Shown: positions 54,601 to 63,350, counted from the first letter of the stretch. The stretch: DNA of 64,000 nucleotides from a virus (IMGVR_UViG_3300036828_000615:1-64000); one strand, 5' to 3'. Program-made: numbers and translations. Notes: a model not told the origin generated them from the letters alone.

Positions 54601-57600
54601 ACCTGGGCCGCGCCCACCGCCTCGTTGATCCCGGTGTTGACGTCGATGTAGCCGTGCTGGGTGACGCCTGGCTCCCACCACCCCGTTTTCTGGCCGCCGG
54701 ATTCACGTCCGATCAGGACCTTCATCGGCCCCATCCACACGGCCGGGTTGAGTCCCACGGCCTCGCACGCGCGCAGGATGGCGCTGGTTTCGTCGAGCCC
54801 GCCGGGACCCGGTGCCTGCGGGAGATTGCCGAGCAGGCCGCCCGGTTGCATTCCGACCATCCCGCCCAGGGCATAGTTCTGGTTGATCTTCCAGTGCTCC
54901 CACTCCGCGTTCGGCGACCCGGCGTGGCCTTTGATGTAGTTCATCATCGCCACGGCCTGGTTGTAGGGGCCCAGCGCCATCGCGTCCTGCGGGGTGTGCA
55001 CGTTGGGGAAGCCGTATCTGCGGTAGTTCGACAGCGTCAGCTGCCCCAGCCCGACGGACGGGTCGCCCGCCGTCGCGTTGCTGTCGGTCTGGTTCCAGGC
55101 GTTCGGACTCCAGCCGGACTCACCGTGCGAAAAACCCTCCGAGGGGCTGCCCGCGATGATCTTGGACACCCCGGACCACTGATCGGGCGCGAAGCCGCCC
55201 GCGATCATGCCCTTCCAGTAAGTGGCCGAGGTTCCCGGCAGTCCGACATGGGGGGCCAGGTGGCTCGGCGAGTGATAGCTCAGCGACGTCTTGGCCCCGC
55301 CGTGCAGCGGTCCCGCCCCCAGTGCCCCGCCGCTGGCCATGCCGATCAGGCCGCCGGTCTGGTTCCTTGACGAGCCGCCCCAGAGTGGGATGCCGTGCGG
55401 GGTGCCGTAGTGGCTCTGGATACTCGTCCACCAGTCGAAGTTCATCCCCGGGATCTGCCCCGGGTCCACGGTGTAGCCGCCCCCGTTGAAGCCGGCCCAG
55501 CCGCCGGTCGCCATGGCCGCATACACCTGGTTCTGCACGTCGCCGGTCGCCGGCGCGGCCGGCGCGCCGGATGCGGGCGCGCCGGTGGTCGCCGCGGAGC
55601 TCGGCAGGGTTTCGCCCGGCGCAAGCGTGAGCTTCACCGGCACGTCGAGGCCCTCGCTGCCCTGGAACCTCGACGGGATGCCGATGGAGTCCATCACCTC
55701 CGACGGGCCTTTTTTCTCGCCCTCCTTCACGTTCAGCGCGGTGGGAAACGCCACTCCGGGCGAAGTGACTCCACCGATGACCACGTCGCCCTGGAATTTG
55801 TCGGGGACCCCGGCGCGGGTCATGGTGTCGCCCTCGCCCATCGGCTGCGGTGTCAGCACATTGATCCCGGCCGGCAGTGCGATGCCACCGGTGGCTCCCT
55901 GTAGGCCGGGCGCAATCCCGGCCATGTCGAGCACCGTGCCGCCGGTTTGGAACGCCTGCGCATTCATCCAGTCCAGCTGCGGGCCGAACCGTGTTGAGGC
56001 CGGAAGGTTCATCACCTTCTCGCCCGCGGTCGCCCAGATCGGCACCCGATCGGTGCCGCCCGGGCCGCCCACGGTGCCGCCGTGCTGGTACTGGGACATG
56101 TCGCCGAGCGCCTGCATCAGCCAGATCAGCGGAGCGCCGGGGCCGGCCATCAGCGCGGTGCCCGTCTGGGCGGCGCCCTCGATGCCTTCCATCCAGCCCG
56201 GCAGCTTCGGCGGGGCTGGCGGCTCCTTGGGGGGACCGCCCGGCGTTCCCGGCGGCGCGCCGAACAGATGGGTGTAGAGGTTGACGTTCATGCCGCCGTT
56301 GGCGAACGAGTCGGCCAGCTCCGGCGCCACACCCATGTCCTTGAGCGACTGCTGCGGGGTTTTACCGGGTATCGGCTCGACTTTGAACTCGATCTTGGCG
56401 TGCTCGGAGATCTTGACGAACTCGTCGGGCCCGAATCTGGTGTTCAGGTATTCCTGCAGCGTGTCGAGGTCTTCTTGCGTGCTGGCGACGAACTTTTTGA
56501 TTTTGCCGGTGGCCGTATCCGCGTCGACCTGGATGCCGTGGCGCGCCAGCTGGTCCTGCACCTGCTTGAGGGCCGTCGGGTCGATGGTCATGTCGTCACC
56601 GACGGCACCCAGCGCGTCCTGCAGCTCGGCCGCCTTGCGCTTGACGTGGCCGTGCTCGTCGAGCTCGACGTTGCCCAGCGGGTCGGTCATCGGCGCGCCG
56701 TAGACGGCGCGGAAGTCCTCCCACACCCGCGCGGCGGCCTTGCTGTTGTTGATCAGGTCGGCCAGCGGCCCCTGCAGGCCCTCCATTTTGTTGCCGAGGG
56801 CGTCCAGGGCGTCGGCGCCCTTATCGGCCATCGTGTCCAGGCGCAGGTCCAGAAATTCCTTCAGGCTGGGGACCGCGTCGGTGGTGGCCTTGTTGATCCC
56901 CTTCATGGCGGTGACCAGCCCAGTCGGGTCGGGGCCGCCCATTTTGGCGAACGGCGCGGTCATCGCCATGAACGCCTCGTTGACCGTCGCGATCGCGATC
57001 ACGGTGGCGTTCTTGAAGAACTGCAGGGAGCCCGACATGTCGCGCAGCATGTCGGCCATGAAGTGGGTGATCTTGGCGCCCCACTCCAGCAGCTTCTCCG
57101 CGATGCGCCCGACCCAGCCGATGAACTCGTCCTGATGCAGCTGCAGCCAGCTGCTCATGTGGTCGCCCACCTCGTTGAGCTTGCCGACGAGCCCCTCGCC
57201 CAGTGGTGCCAGTGCGGCCATCACCTGGCTCTGTAGCCGCTCCATCGTGTCTTCGAGCTGCTTGGTGGCCTCCAACGCTTCCTTGAACGGCTCGGCCAGC
57301 GCCCGGCCGTGTTTGTTGAACGCGTCGACCATCGCCTCGTGGGTGGGGATGATGCCGTGGCGGATCTGGTCGACGAAGTTCTCGGCGGCCTTGGCCTGCA
57401 GCCCCATCGACTCCACCCACGCGACCGCGCCCGCCCGGCCCTCCCTGGTGGTCAGGTCGTACGCCTGGATGATCCCCACGAACTCCTGCATCGGCATGCC
57501 GATTTTGTTCAGCTGTTCGACCAGATGGCTGAACGCGAACGAGTAGCGGCCCAGCGCCGGTTTGCCCAGTTCCTGGTTGAGCAGGCCCATCATCATCGCG

Positions 57601-59765
57601 GAGTCCTGCGCGTCCAGCCCGGTCGCCTGCAACGCCGGGGACATCAAGTCCAGGTCACGGGTCAGCTCGTTGATGTCGGCGCCGGTCATCCGGGCGATGT
57701 TGACGAACTCGGTCAGTAGCCGATTGGTCTGGCCGGCCGGAACGTCGAAGGAGTTGAACGCCGCGGTGAGGTTGTCGACGTTGATCTTGGTGTCGCCCAG
57801 CAGTTCGTTGCCCTCGGCCAGGGTGGTCGCCAGCTCGGTCAACTGCCCACGGCTCAGCCCGGCACCGTTGCTCAGTCCCGACAGGCGCTGACTCAGTTCG
57901 CCGACCACGCTGGCGACATCCTTGAAGTGCACCAGCTCGCCGGAGCCGGCGATGTCGCGCACCACTTCCAGGTAGCTCTCGAGGTGCTCGACGCCCAGCG
58001 TCTGGCCGGCGACCTTGCGGGCGGTCTCCTGCCAGCGGTCGCCGATGTCGGTCAAGACCTTGGCGAACTGTCCGGCGATCGAGGTGTAGGTCGAGATGCC
58101 CGAGAAGACGGCGTTGATCGCCTCCTGGGCCTCCCCGGCTACCGCCTTGAACGCCGATCCGATGACCGGGATGTGCCCGACGGTGGAGTCGATGCCCATG
58201 TTGATCGCGTTGAGCGGGGTCTCCATCGCAGTCTTGGTGGTCTGGGCCACCAGGCCGAACGCGGCCTGGAAATCGGGTACCTTGCCTTCGATCACCGAGG
58301 TGAAGGCGCCCATCGCGGTCTCGGCGGCGCCCTTGGCCACCTCGCCCCAGTCCTTGAACTCCTTGTTGATGAACTCGAAGGAGTTCTTCATGGCGTCGAC
58401 GAACACGCGCCCGACGAAGGCGGCGATCTCGAGTGAGGGGCCCTTCATCGCGTCGGCCATCGCCTGTGCCGACCGCGACGCGGCCTGCCCGGCGGCCTCG
58501 GGGTCCAGGAAGGGGTGGCCGTAGACCTTGCCGCCCATCGCGTGCGCCGCCGCGTCCAGTTCCATGGACGTCTTGAGGGTTTTGTCCCTGAGCTGGTCGA
58601 TCTGTTCGACGCCGCGGCGGGCGACGGCGGCACTCTTCTCGCCCAGCAGGTCCAGCATCCGTCCCCACCCGGGGATCAGCGACAAGAAGTCGGCCATCAT
58701 CGGGCTGACCTTGATTCTGCTGCCGAAGGCCTGGTTGAACGCCTGCGCGGTCTGCCCGCCGATGGTGCCGAATTGCTGGGCCAACTGCGGCAGCAGCTGC
58801 TCGAAGCGCATCTGCTTGCCGACCTGCGCGGTGACACCGCGGAAACCCTCACCGAAGACGCTGGACGCCCGGTCGCCGAATTGGCTGTACAGCGTGCTCA
58901 CCTGGTCGAGGAACTGCGACTGCTCGGCGCGGAATGACTGCAGCCGCTCGGCGAAACTGTAGTTGAGCCGGGCCGAGAACGACTCCGATGCCATCGCGCC
59001 CATGCGGGCGAACTGCTCGGTCCACATCGGCTCGAACTGCTCGAACCGCTGCGTCGACAGGAACTCCCCGAGTCGGCGGCCGAATCCGCCGCCGAACTCC
59101 TGGCCGGATTCCTCGCCGGTGCCGCGGAACTTCGCCGGCAGTGCCACCGGCAGCAGCTCGCTCAGATTGCTGCTCAGCACCGCCCGCCGGAAACCCCCGC
59201 CGAACTCCTCGCCGGCCCGCTGCCCGGTCGACGACGCCTGGACGGCCCCGGCGACGTCGCGGAAGGCTTGGTTCGACGCCTCGGCCCAGCTCCTGCTTAC
59301 TTCACGCGCGCTCTCATCGAAATGCACCCGCATCGCCTGGCTGGCCTTCTGAGCCTGCTCGGCAACCGACCCGAAGATTCCCCGGAAATCTGCGTGCTGA
59401 ACCTCGGAGGTGATGGCACTGGCCACCATCTTGCCGACGTTCTGGGCGCCCGCCTGGCTCAGGAACGAGGTGGAGAACGCCCGCCCGGCGCTTCCGCCAG
59501 CCGCGGCGGACTCCGCCTCAGCCGCGGCGAAAGCCCGGCTGACCCCGGCCTGCATCCCGGCGATCTGGGCGCCCGCCGACGTCACGGCCTGGCGCATATT
59601 GTTCGCCAGCGCGGCGTTGAGCGGCGCGGCGAGGTTGGCGTTGAACTGGTTGGCGAACCCGGTCGCGGCCTCGCGGCCGATCTGCTCCATCTGCCGGTAG
59701 ATCCCGGCAGCTGAGGCCGCGACGTCAACCCATGAGATGCCTTCGCCGGCGCCGGGTGCACTCAT
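51624..59765 (-). CDS. tape measure protein (2713 aa) with SLT-like transglycosylase motif, His-rich motif and Gly-rich tract
   Basis: Helical, repeat-rich N-terminal two-thirds. SLT-like motif GRESGGQ...GAAQV near 54.7 kb. His-rich motif WGGHHGHVHTSF...HEH...GHQEHGG near 53.8 kb. Gly-rich tract GGGDGGGGGDSDRDGGWGGAGSGG. Confidence 0.9.
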   Translation of the reverse strand: MSAPGAGEGISWVDVAASAAGIYRQMEQIGREAATGFANQFNANLAAPLNAALANNMRQAVTSAGAQIAGMQAGVSRAFAAAEAESAAAGGSAGRAFSTSFLSQAGAQNVGKMVASAITSEVQHADFRGIFGSVAEQAQKASQAMRVHFDESAREVSRSWAEASNQAFRDVAGAVQASSTGQRAGEEFGGGFRRAVLSSNLSELLPVALPAKFRGTGEESGQEFGGGFGRRLGEFLSTQRFEQFEPMWTEQFARMGAMASESFSARLNYSFAERLQSFRAEQSQFLDQVSTLYSQFGDRASSVFGEGFRGVTAQVGKQMRFEQLLPQLAQQFGTIGGQTAQAFNQAFGSRIKVSPMMADFLSLIPGWGRMLDLLGEKSAAVARRGVEQIDQLRDKTLKTSMELDAAAHAMGGKVYGHPFLDPEAAGQAASRSAQAMADAMKGPSLEIAAFVGRVFVDAMKNSFEFINKEFKDWGEVAKGAAETAMGAFTSVIEGKVPDFQAAFGLVAQTTKTAMETPLNAINMGIDSTVGHIPVIGSAFKAVAGEAQEAINAVFSGISTYTSIAGQFAKVLTDIGDRWQETARKVAGQTLGVEHLESYLEVVRDIAGSGELVHFKDVASVVGELSQRLSGLSNGAGLSRGQLTELATTLAEGNELLGDTKINVDNLTAAFNSFDVPAGQTNRLLTEFVNIARMTGADINELTRDLDLMSPALQATGLDAQDSAMMMGLLNQELGKPALGRYSFAFSHLVEQLNKIGMPMQEFVGIIQAYDLTTREGRAGAVAWVESMGLQAKAAENFVDQIRHGIIPTHEAMVDAFNKHGRALAEPFKEALEATKQLEDTMERLQSQVMAALAPLGEGLVGKLNEVGDHMSSWLQLHQDEFIGWVGRIAEKLLEWGAKITHFMADMLRDMSGSLQFFKNATVIAIATVNEAFMAMTAPFAKMGGPDPTGLVTAMKGINKATTDAVPSLKEFLDLRLDTMADKGADALDALGNKMEGLQGPLADLINNSKAAARVWEDFRAVYGAPMTDPLGNVELDEHGHVKRKAAELQDALGAVGDDMTIDPTALKQVQDQLARHGIQVDADTATGKIKKFVASTQEDLDTLQEYLNTRFGPDEFVKISEHAKIEFKVEPIPGKTPQQSLKDMGVAPELADSFANGGMNVNLYTHLFGAPPGTPGGPPKEPPAPPKLPGWMEGIEGAAQTGTALMAGPGAPLIWLMQALGDMSQYQHGGTVGGPGGTDRVPIWATAGEKVMNLPASTRFGPQLDWMNAQAFQTGGTVLDMAGIAPGLQGATGGIALPAGINVLTPQPMGEGDTMTRAGVPDKFQGDVVIGGVTSPGVAFPTALNVKEGEKKGPSEVMDSIGIPSRFQGSEGLDVPVKLTLAPGETLPSSAATTGAPASGAPAAPATGDVQNQVYAAMATGGWAGFNGGGYTVDPGQIPGMNFDWWTSIQSHYGTPHGIPLWGGSSRNQTGGLIGMASGGALGAGPLHGGAKTSLSYHSPSHLAPHVGLPGTSATYWKGMIAGGFAPDQWSGVSKIIAGSPSEGFSHGESGWSPNAWNQTDSNATAGDPSVGLGQLTLSNYRRYGFPNVHTPQDAMALGPYNQAVAMMNYIKGHAGSPNAEWEHWKINQNYALGGMVGMQPGGLLGNLPQAPGPGGLDETSAILRACEAVGLNPAVWMGPMKVLIGRESGGQKTGWWEPGVTQHGYIDVNTGINEAVGAAQVTPGTAAEFGVDPKGLRNPLTNLIASMRYIQRYYANGAPDRPRGKGGLGKNVPPDLAVLNVQQADSTMAPMGYQKGGLLSGFFKGILGELGFALPEKKGDEEHKSFWEMLTGNKPEGFNGGGHIKGNYWPGRDTVPMKVPPGTFIMNRNSSQNYADILDHILGVGPQGSYATGGMIPIIAQPGERVIPPGAAPAGLLHAMNQGTLQRRATGGGTGVLQVIYNPPNTREFYGEAAPYGLVGPGTSQPQYYNADWGGHHGHVHTSFETGPDGAPYGMPTGTNLPGTGHEHPEFASAGFGWVLALGRQYGLNASTYPGHQEHGGKNHGLDWWPAGKADMSGLSYTPEETDRLRRFASAMRSTGASGSGAWGGASTAGSYAGSYGSAAIGGSTRLSPAGAALRAQLKAVLPSWLSSALGMQGGGEPAIVPSPYSSVMGGDGPDDGGGGDRDAPAAPGDRPPPHSEGARAAADTPGAVSTRFGYYVYPSLDNLMGMTVKQAHDFIEWLHAAERAQENLTKDTTSLDKAIQDQINTAERLRQAREAVTGIEDQYKDSLAKMTAQQRRDWEENFKPYKDAMAELRKATTADEAATTAVTNAKRAQHDAIIDQTEKELAPAPGTKEKTTPDENAASMGAGLVKGMAQELGFGDVFAKPPWEWGIWKLFAGGASFALNLANMVGEAGGVGGKWKGTGGPGAGLGASGTDQAPGGAATTPAAGGPDASGVYTMPWGEKDIPSGGGYTYQHGDMVNRKGRWYPKDTAPAEEKPNIQPEGSEEPGMEGAPEGAHFLTPLAGAPPGAEFEMTLNGKRTRRFWGHDKKEIAPPASAAPPPGGGAGQLPGAGPGSGPPKGLPGMFPGSGSAGPAASGDPNVYFGGGDGGGGGDSDRDGGWGGAGSGGSIGGAGGILDWLEHPASLAIRQARAEGRLGPPPAANIARGMAASQPPAATPGAAMSGGNSLTVNQNIDPKPGDSAKNFIQSSMLSFMRAPAFFGGAGVPA

Positions 59766-60343
59766 CAGATCGTCCTGACTTTCGTGGTGCCGGGCCTAGC
59801 CGGTGCCGCGTTGGCGTACCGCTGCGCATCGCGGCGGTCGGCCTCCTCCCAGGTGATCACATCAGCCGGGAAGAACTGGGTGCCCCGCAGTGGATCCTCG
59901 GGCCGTTGGGCCACCCCGGGCCGGGCGTAGGGCTCGGTCATCGTCGCGATCCCGGCGTTCTGCTCGGCCATGTTGGCGAGCAGCTGCGCCTCCTGTGACC
60001 AACCGCCGTCGAGCCAGTGGCGCACCGACGAGCCGGGCGGTGCGCCGACGACGACGGACACCATCTCGGCCAGCGTCAGCGCATTGACGTCCCGGTTCAG
60101 CGCCATCACGTCGCGGTGGAAGGCATGCCAGCAATCGCCCACGACGTGCGCCAGCATCACGATTCCCCCGGCGGTCCCACCTGCGTCTGCGGCGACACGG
60201 CCGGCGCGAACCAGCCCTCGAAGAACCTGGCCTGCTCGATGTCGGGGAGCAGGGTGACCCGCTCCTGCACCCGGTCGGGCACTCTGGCCAGATCCATCCA
60301 TTCCAGGCTCATCTGGACCTGGTCGAACTTGCGCAGCTTCCAC
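59765..60343 (-). CDS. tail assembly chaperone T-portion, probably expressed by -1 frameshift from the G frame near 60170-60190
   Basis: The first 60 aa of the ORF are out-of-frame junk. The real sequence is WHAFHRDVMALNRDV...onwards. G-run ccgccgggggaa at the G stop. ATGA overlap with the TMP start. Confidence 0.55.
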   Translation of the reverse strand: MEAAQVRPGPDEPGMDGSGQSARPGAGAGHPAPRHRAGQVLRGLVRAGRVAADAGGTAGGIVMLAHVVGDCWHAFHRDVMALNRDVNALTLAEMVSVVVGAPPGSSVRHWLDGGWSQEAQLLANMAEQNAGIATMTEPYARPGVAQRPEDPLRGTQFFPADVITWEEADRRDAQRYANAAPARPGTTKVRTI

Positions 60344-60732
60344 ATGAAGTTGTACGTCGGGCGGATGGTGTCGATGCGCGGGAACACGATCGGCGCATCC
60401 CCGGCCGGACCACCCGGTATCGGGGTGAACACGAACAGCTCCGCGTCGGTGTACGGATCGCCCGCGCTGCCGTCGGCGTTGCGGTGCGCATAGGAGTGCT
60501 CCCAGCGCGACTTGGGCGGCTCGGGTGCGCTCGGCGCCGTCGGCGGAATGAATTCCTCCGGCGGCACCGGGTCCTCCGGCGGCGGGATCGGGATGAACTC
60601 CTCGGGTTCGCGTGCCGCGGCCACACCGTTGGTGGTCGCGGCGCCGTTGGTGCCGTTGGTGCTAACCCGCTTCGCCGCCTTGCGTGGTGCCGTGGTGCGT
60701 GGCGCCGGCTTACGCTTGGCGGCGACCGTCAT
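60157..60732 (-). CDS. tail assembly chaperone (G-like)
   Basis: Lies between the major tail gene and the TMP. Pro-rich. Its 3' end overlaps the next ORF by 187 nt. Confidence 0.65.
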   Translation of the reverse strand: MTVAAKRKPAPRTTAPRKAAKRVSTNGTNGAATTNGVAAAREPEEFIPIPPPEDPVPPEEFIPPTAPSAPEPPKSRWEHSYAHRNADGSAGDPYTDAELFVFTPIPGGPAGDAPIVFPRIDTIRPTYNFMWKLRKFDQVQMSLEWMDLARVPDRVQERVTLLPDIEQARFFEGWFAPAVSPQTQVGPPGES

Positions 60733-61328
60733 GTGTGCTCGCCGTCCGTCCAGTACTCGTAGGCGTGGTTGTTGTTCACGTCGGGGAACGGCTTGAGCGT
60801 GAGGTCATAAGCCGCCAGCTCCTTGTGCACCCACTTGAGTGGGCCGACCAAGGTGATACGCCCGTAGGGCACCACCAGGCGCATCGACATCTTCAGGTAG
60901 TAGGCGTCGATCACCCACGACCCGTAGTCGAGCAGCTCGCGGTTCATCTTCGACGCGATCAGCGTGCCATTGGTCGACGTGGGCGGGGTCACCGTCACGT
61001 TGGCGGCGCCGTGCGCGGCCTTCTGCACGTCGGCGTTCATCAGCTGCAGCAGCTTGAACTTCAACGTGATGCCGTACTTCTCCTGCAGCACGGCGATCAG
61101 GTCGCCGCCCCAGTCGTTGATTTCGGTGTTGGGACGTTCCTCAGTGCGGTCCACACCTTCCACGCCGACCCGGCCCAGCGTGATGAACGCGGGGTCCAGC
61201 GCGGTGGTGGCGTCGGTGGGTAGCGCGGTGCCCAGGGGCGCGACCAGCACACCGCCGGTGATTTTCGGACTCGGTGCCGCAACTTCTTGAACGTCGGAGA
61301 CCAGTATCGGACCAGATCCACTCGTCAT
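60729..61328 (-). CDS. major tail subunit (199 aa)
   Basis: Lies immediately upstream of the chaperones, with an ATGA overlap. Confidence 0.65.
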   Translation of the reverse strand: MTSGSGPILVSDVQEVAAPSPKITGGVLVAPLGTALPTDATTALDPAFITLGRVGVEGVDRTEERPNTEINDWGGDLIAVLQEKYGITLKFKLLQLMNADVQKAAHGAANVTVTPPTSTNGTLIASKMNRELLDYGSWVIDAYYLKMSMRLVVPYGRITLVGPLKWVHKELAAYDLTLKPFPDVNNNHAYEYWTDGEHT

Positions 61329-61417
61329 CAGATTCCTCCTGCTTAGCGGGATGACGAGGGCAGTCTGGATCCGCCACGGTAACTAACCGCGCAAGACACG
61401 CCCGGTTACGATTTCGT

Positions 61418-62053
61418 GTGTCCGCACGCCCGAAATGCAAAGATGCTGGTGTGTGCAACGTCGAGGGTTGCCTCAAGCCAACAAGGTGCCAGGGCTTTTG
61501 CGACATGCACCATGCGCGGTGGCTGAAGTACGGCGGTCCCGGGCCAGCGGAGATGATCGGGAAATGGGCCAGCCTTGAGACCAGGTTCGCCAACGGCATC
61601 GCTGCGGGGCCCTTGCCTGAAGATCCCGGCCTGGGCCGCTGCTACATCTGGATGCGCAGCGTCACCGAACGCGGCTACGGCAAACTCCAGGACAAGGGCC
61701 GCCAGATCTACGTGCATCGCTATGCCTGGTTCCTCGCCTACGGCGAATGGCCCACAAAACATCTTGATCACCGATGCCGCAATCCCCGTTGTGTGCGAAT
61801 TGATCATCTCCGCGAAGTCACTCACAAACAGAACATCGAGAACCACAGCGGTCGGCCCAACGCATCCAACAAGACCTCGCGCTACCGCGGCGTACATCTG
61901 ACCGGGGGAAAATGGATTGCTGGTTTCACCCACAACGGCAAACATCACCACGTCGGAACGTTCACCGACGAGGACGCGGCTGGTAACGCCGTCAGGCTAG
62001 CCCGCAACGAGTGCTTTACTCACAACGACGCCGATAGGAAGGAGGCGTTATGA
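61418..62053 (+). CDS. HNH endonuclease with zinc-finger and AP2 domain
   Basis: Motifs CNVEGCLKPTRCQGFCDMHHARWLKYG and SRYRGVHLTGGKWIAGFTHNGKHHHVGTFTDEDAAGNAVRLARNE. Confidence 0.8.
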   Translation: MSARPKCKDAGVCNVEGCLKPTRCQGFCDMHHARWLKYGGPGPAEMIGKWASLETRFANGIAAGPLPEDPGLGRCYIWMRSVTERGYGKLQDKGRQIYVHRYAWFLAYGEWPTKHLDHRCRNPRCVRIDHLREVTHKQNIENHSGRPNASNKTSRYRGVHLTGGKWIAGFTHNGKHHHVGTFTDEDAAGNAVRLARNECFTHNDADRKEAL

Positions 62054-62241
62054 AAATCACCGTGGTTGTGGAGCTCGGCACCCGCACCGTCGTCGAACAG
62101 ATCCTCACTCCCGAGGACTTCCGCGGCGACTACCGTGCGGCGATCACCGAGGCCGTCACCCGCATCGAACTGAGTACTTTCGGTCCCGAAATCTCCGAAG
62201 CGCCGTCGTTCGACGAGCAGCTACGGATGCGCGGACAGTGA
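62050..62241 (+). CDS. small hypothetical protein (63 aa)
   Basis: RBS aggaaggaggcgttATGA. Confidence 0.55.
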   Translation: MKITVVVELGTRTVVEQILTPEDFRGDYRAAITEAVTRIELSTFGPEISEAPSFDEQLRMRGQ

Positions 62242-62244
62242 ACC

Positions 62245-62265
62245 GGGTGTCCGGAAATGGACACC
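62245..62265. terminator. palindrome GGGTGTCC-N5-TGGACACC, copy 3, between convergent genes (putative bidirectional terminator or operator)
   Basis: gggtgtcc ggaaa tggacacc, lying between the stops at 62241 (+) and 62269 (-). Confidence 0.55.
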
Positions 62266-62268
62266 GGG

Positions 62269-62817
62269 TCAACGGCGGCGGCGCGACGGAGGCGGGGCGG
62301 CGGGCGGCAGTGGCGCGCGCTGGGGAGCCTGGCGCTGCCCCGGCGCCCGGGGCGGCAGACCCGGAATACGCCAGGTGACCATCGCCCGGTAGCGGGTCAT
62401 GTTCACATACGGGTCGGCCTTGCGTGTCGGCAGCGACGTGGCCCGCGAGTAGGTTATGTACCAGTTGTCCCCGTTGGTCATCTGCTGGGTGTAGCCCGCG
62501 GCGTTGGCGCCCCAGGCCACGGCGTCGTCGATCAGCTGCTCGGCCAGGTACTCCTCGGAGTTGTTGGCGTACGCGTGCAGAATTATCGCCACGTCCCACA
62601 ACAACATCTCGCCACGCAGCACGCCACCACCGGCCTCGATCCGCAGGAAGCCGTTGATCGTGTCGGCGGTCTTGGACGGCTGCGGTGCGCGGGTGGCCAC
62701 CGGGGTCGGGGTGACCAACGGCGTGAAGTACGCCTTGGCCAGCGCCTCGGAGGGCGGCGGGCGCACCGTGGAGCGCGGGCGGGTCAGGTCGGAGCCGGTG
62801 GGCCCGGCGCGGGTCAT
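62269..62817 (-). CDS. head-tail connector / tail terminator-like protein (182 aa)
   Basis: Lies upstream of the major tail gene. The overlapping 313-aa ORF 62156..63097 is Arg-rich junk. Confidence 0.55.
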   Translation of the reverse strand: MTRAGPTGSDLTRPRSTVRPPPSEALAKAYFTPLVTPTPVATRAPQPSKTADTINGFLRIEAGGGVLRGEMLLWDVAIILHAYANNSEEYLAEQLIDDAVAWGANAAGYTQQMTNGDNWYITYSRATSLPTRKADPYVNMTRYRAMVTWRIPGLPPRAPGQRQAPQRAPLPPAAPPPSRRRR

Positions 62818-63350
62818 TCCTCAGGCCCTTCGTCGGCGGCCGCGACCGCTTCCATCGCCGGGTACGCCTCGGCGTAGTGGCTATCCTCGCCCTCGAAGTC
62901 GTAGCTCTGGGCGCCCTCGTAGTTCGGGTCGCGGCGCAGATGCTCAGGGTAGGGATCCGAGCCCACCGCCGCGTACGCCTTGAGCAGAGTGGAGTTCCAC
63001 TCGTCGTCGAGGCGGGCTTTCGCGTTGCCCGGCTTGACCCGGCCGCGGGCGCGGATGTTCTCCATGTTGTCCGAATGCCACCAGACATATTGCGCATCGG
63101 GGATGACCGCCAGCGCGTTGGCCTCCTCGGCGAGCTCCCGGCCGCGTTCGTCGACCATCGCCTCGATCTCAGGGTTGTGCATGATGCGCCGGAAGGCGTC
63201 GGGGTGAATGACCAGGTAGATGCCCAGCCCGACCTCGATGCGCTCGGGCAGGTGTTCGGAAGCCTGCTGTTCCTCCAGCTCGGCCATCGCGTGCTCGGAG
63301 CCCGGGTCGGGTTCTGAGCCCCACTCGGCGACCGGCTCGAAGGAGGTCAT
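62814..63350 (-). CDS. hypothetical head-tail joining protein (178 aa, acidic)
   Basis: ATGA overlap with the upstream gene. Confidence 0.55.
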   Translation of the reverse strand: MTSFEPVAEWGSEPDPGSEHAMAELEEQQASEHLPERIEVGLGIYLVIHPDAFRRIMHNPEIEAMVDERGRELAEEANALAVIPDAQYVWWHSDNMENIRARGRVKPGNAKARLDDEWNSTLLKAYAAVGSDPYPEHLRRDPNYEGAQSYDFEGEDSHYAEAYPAMEAVAAADEGPEE

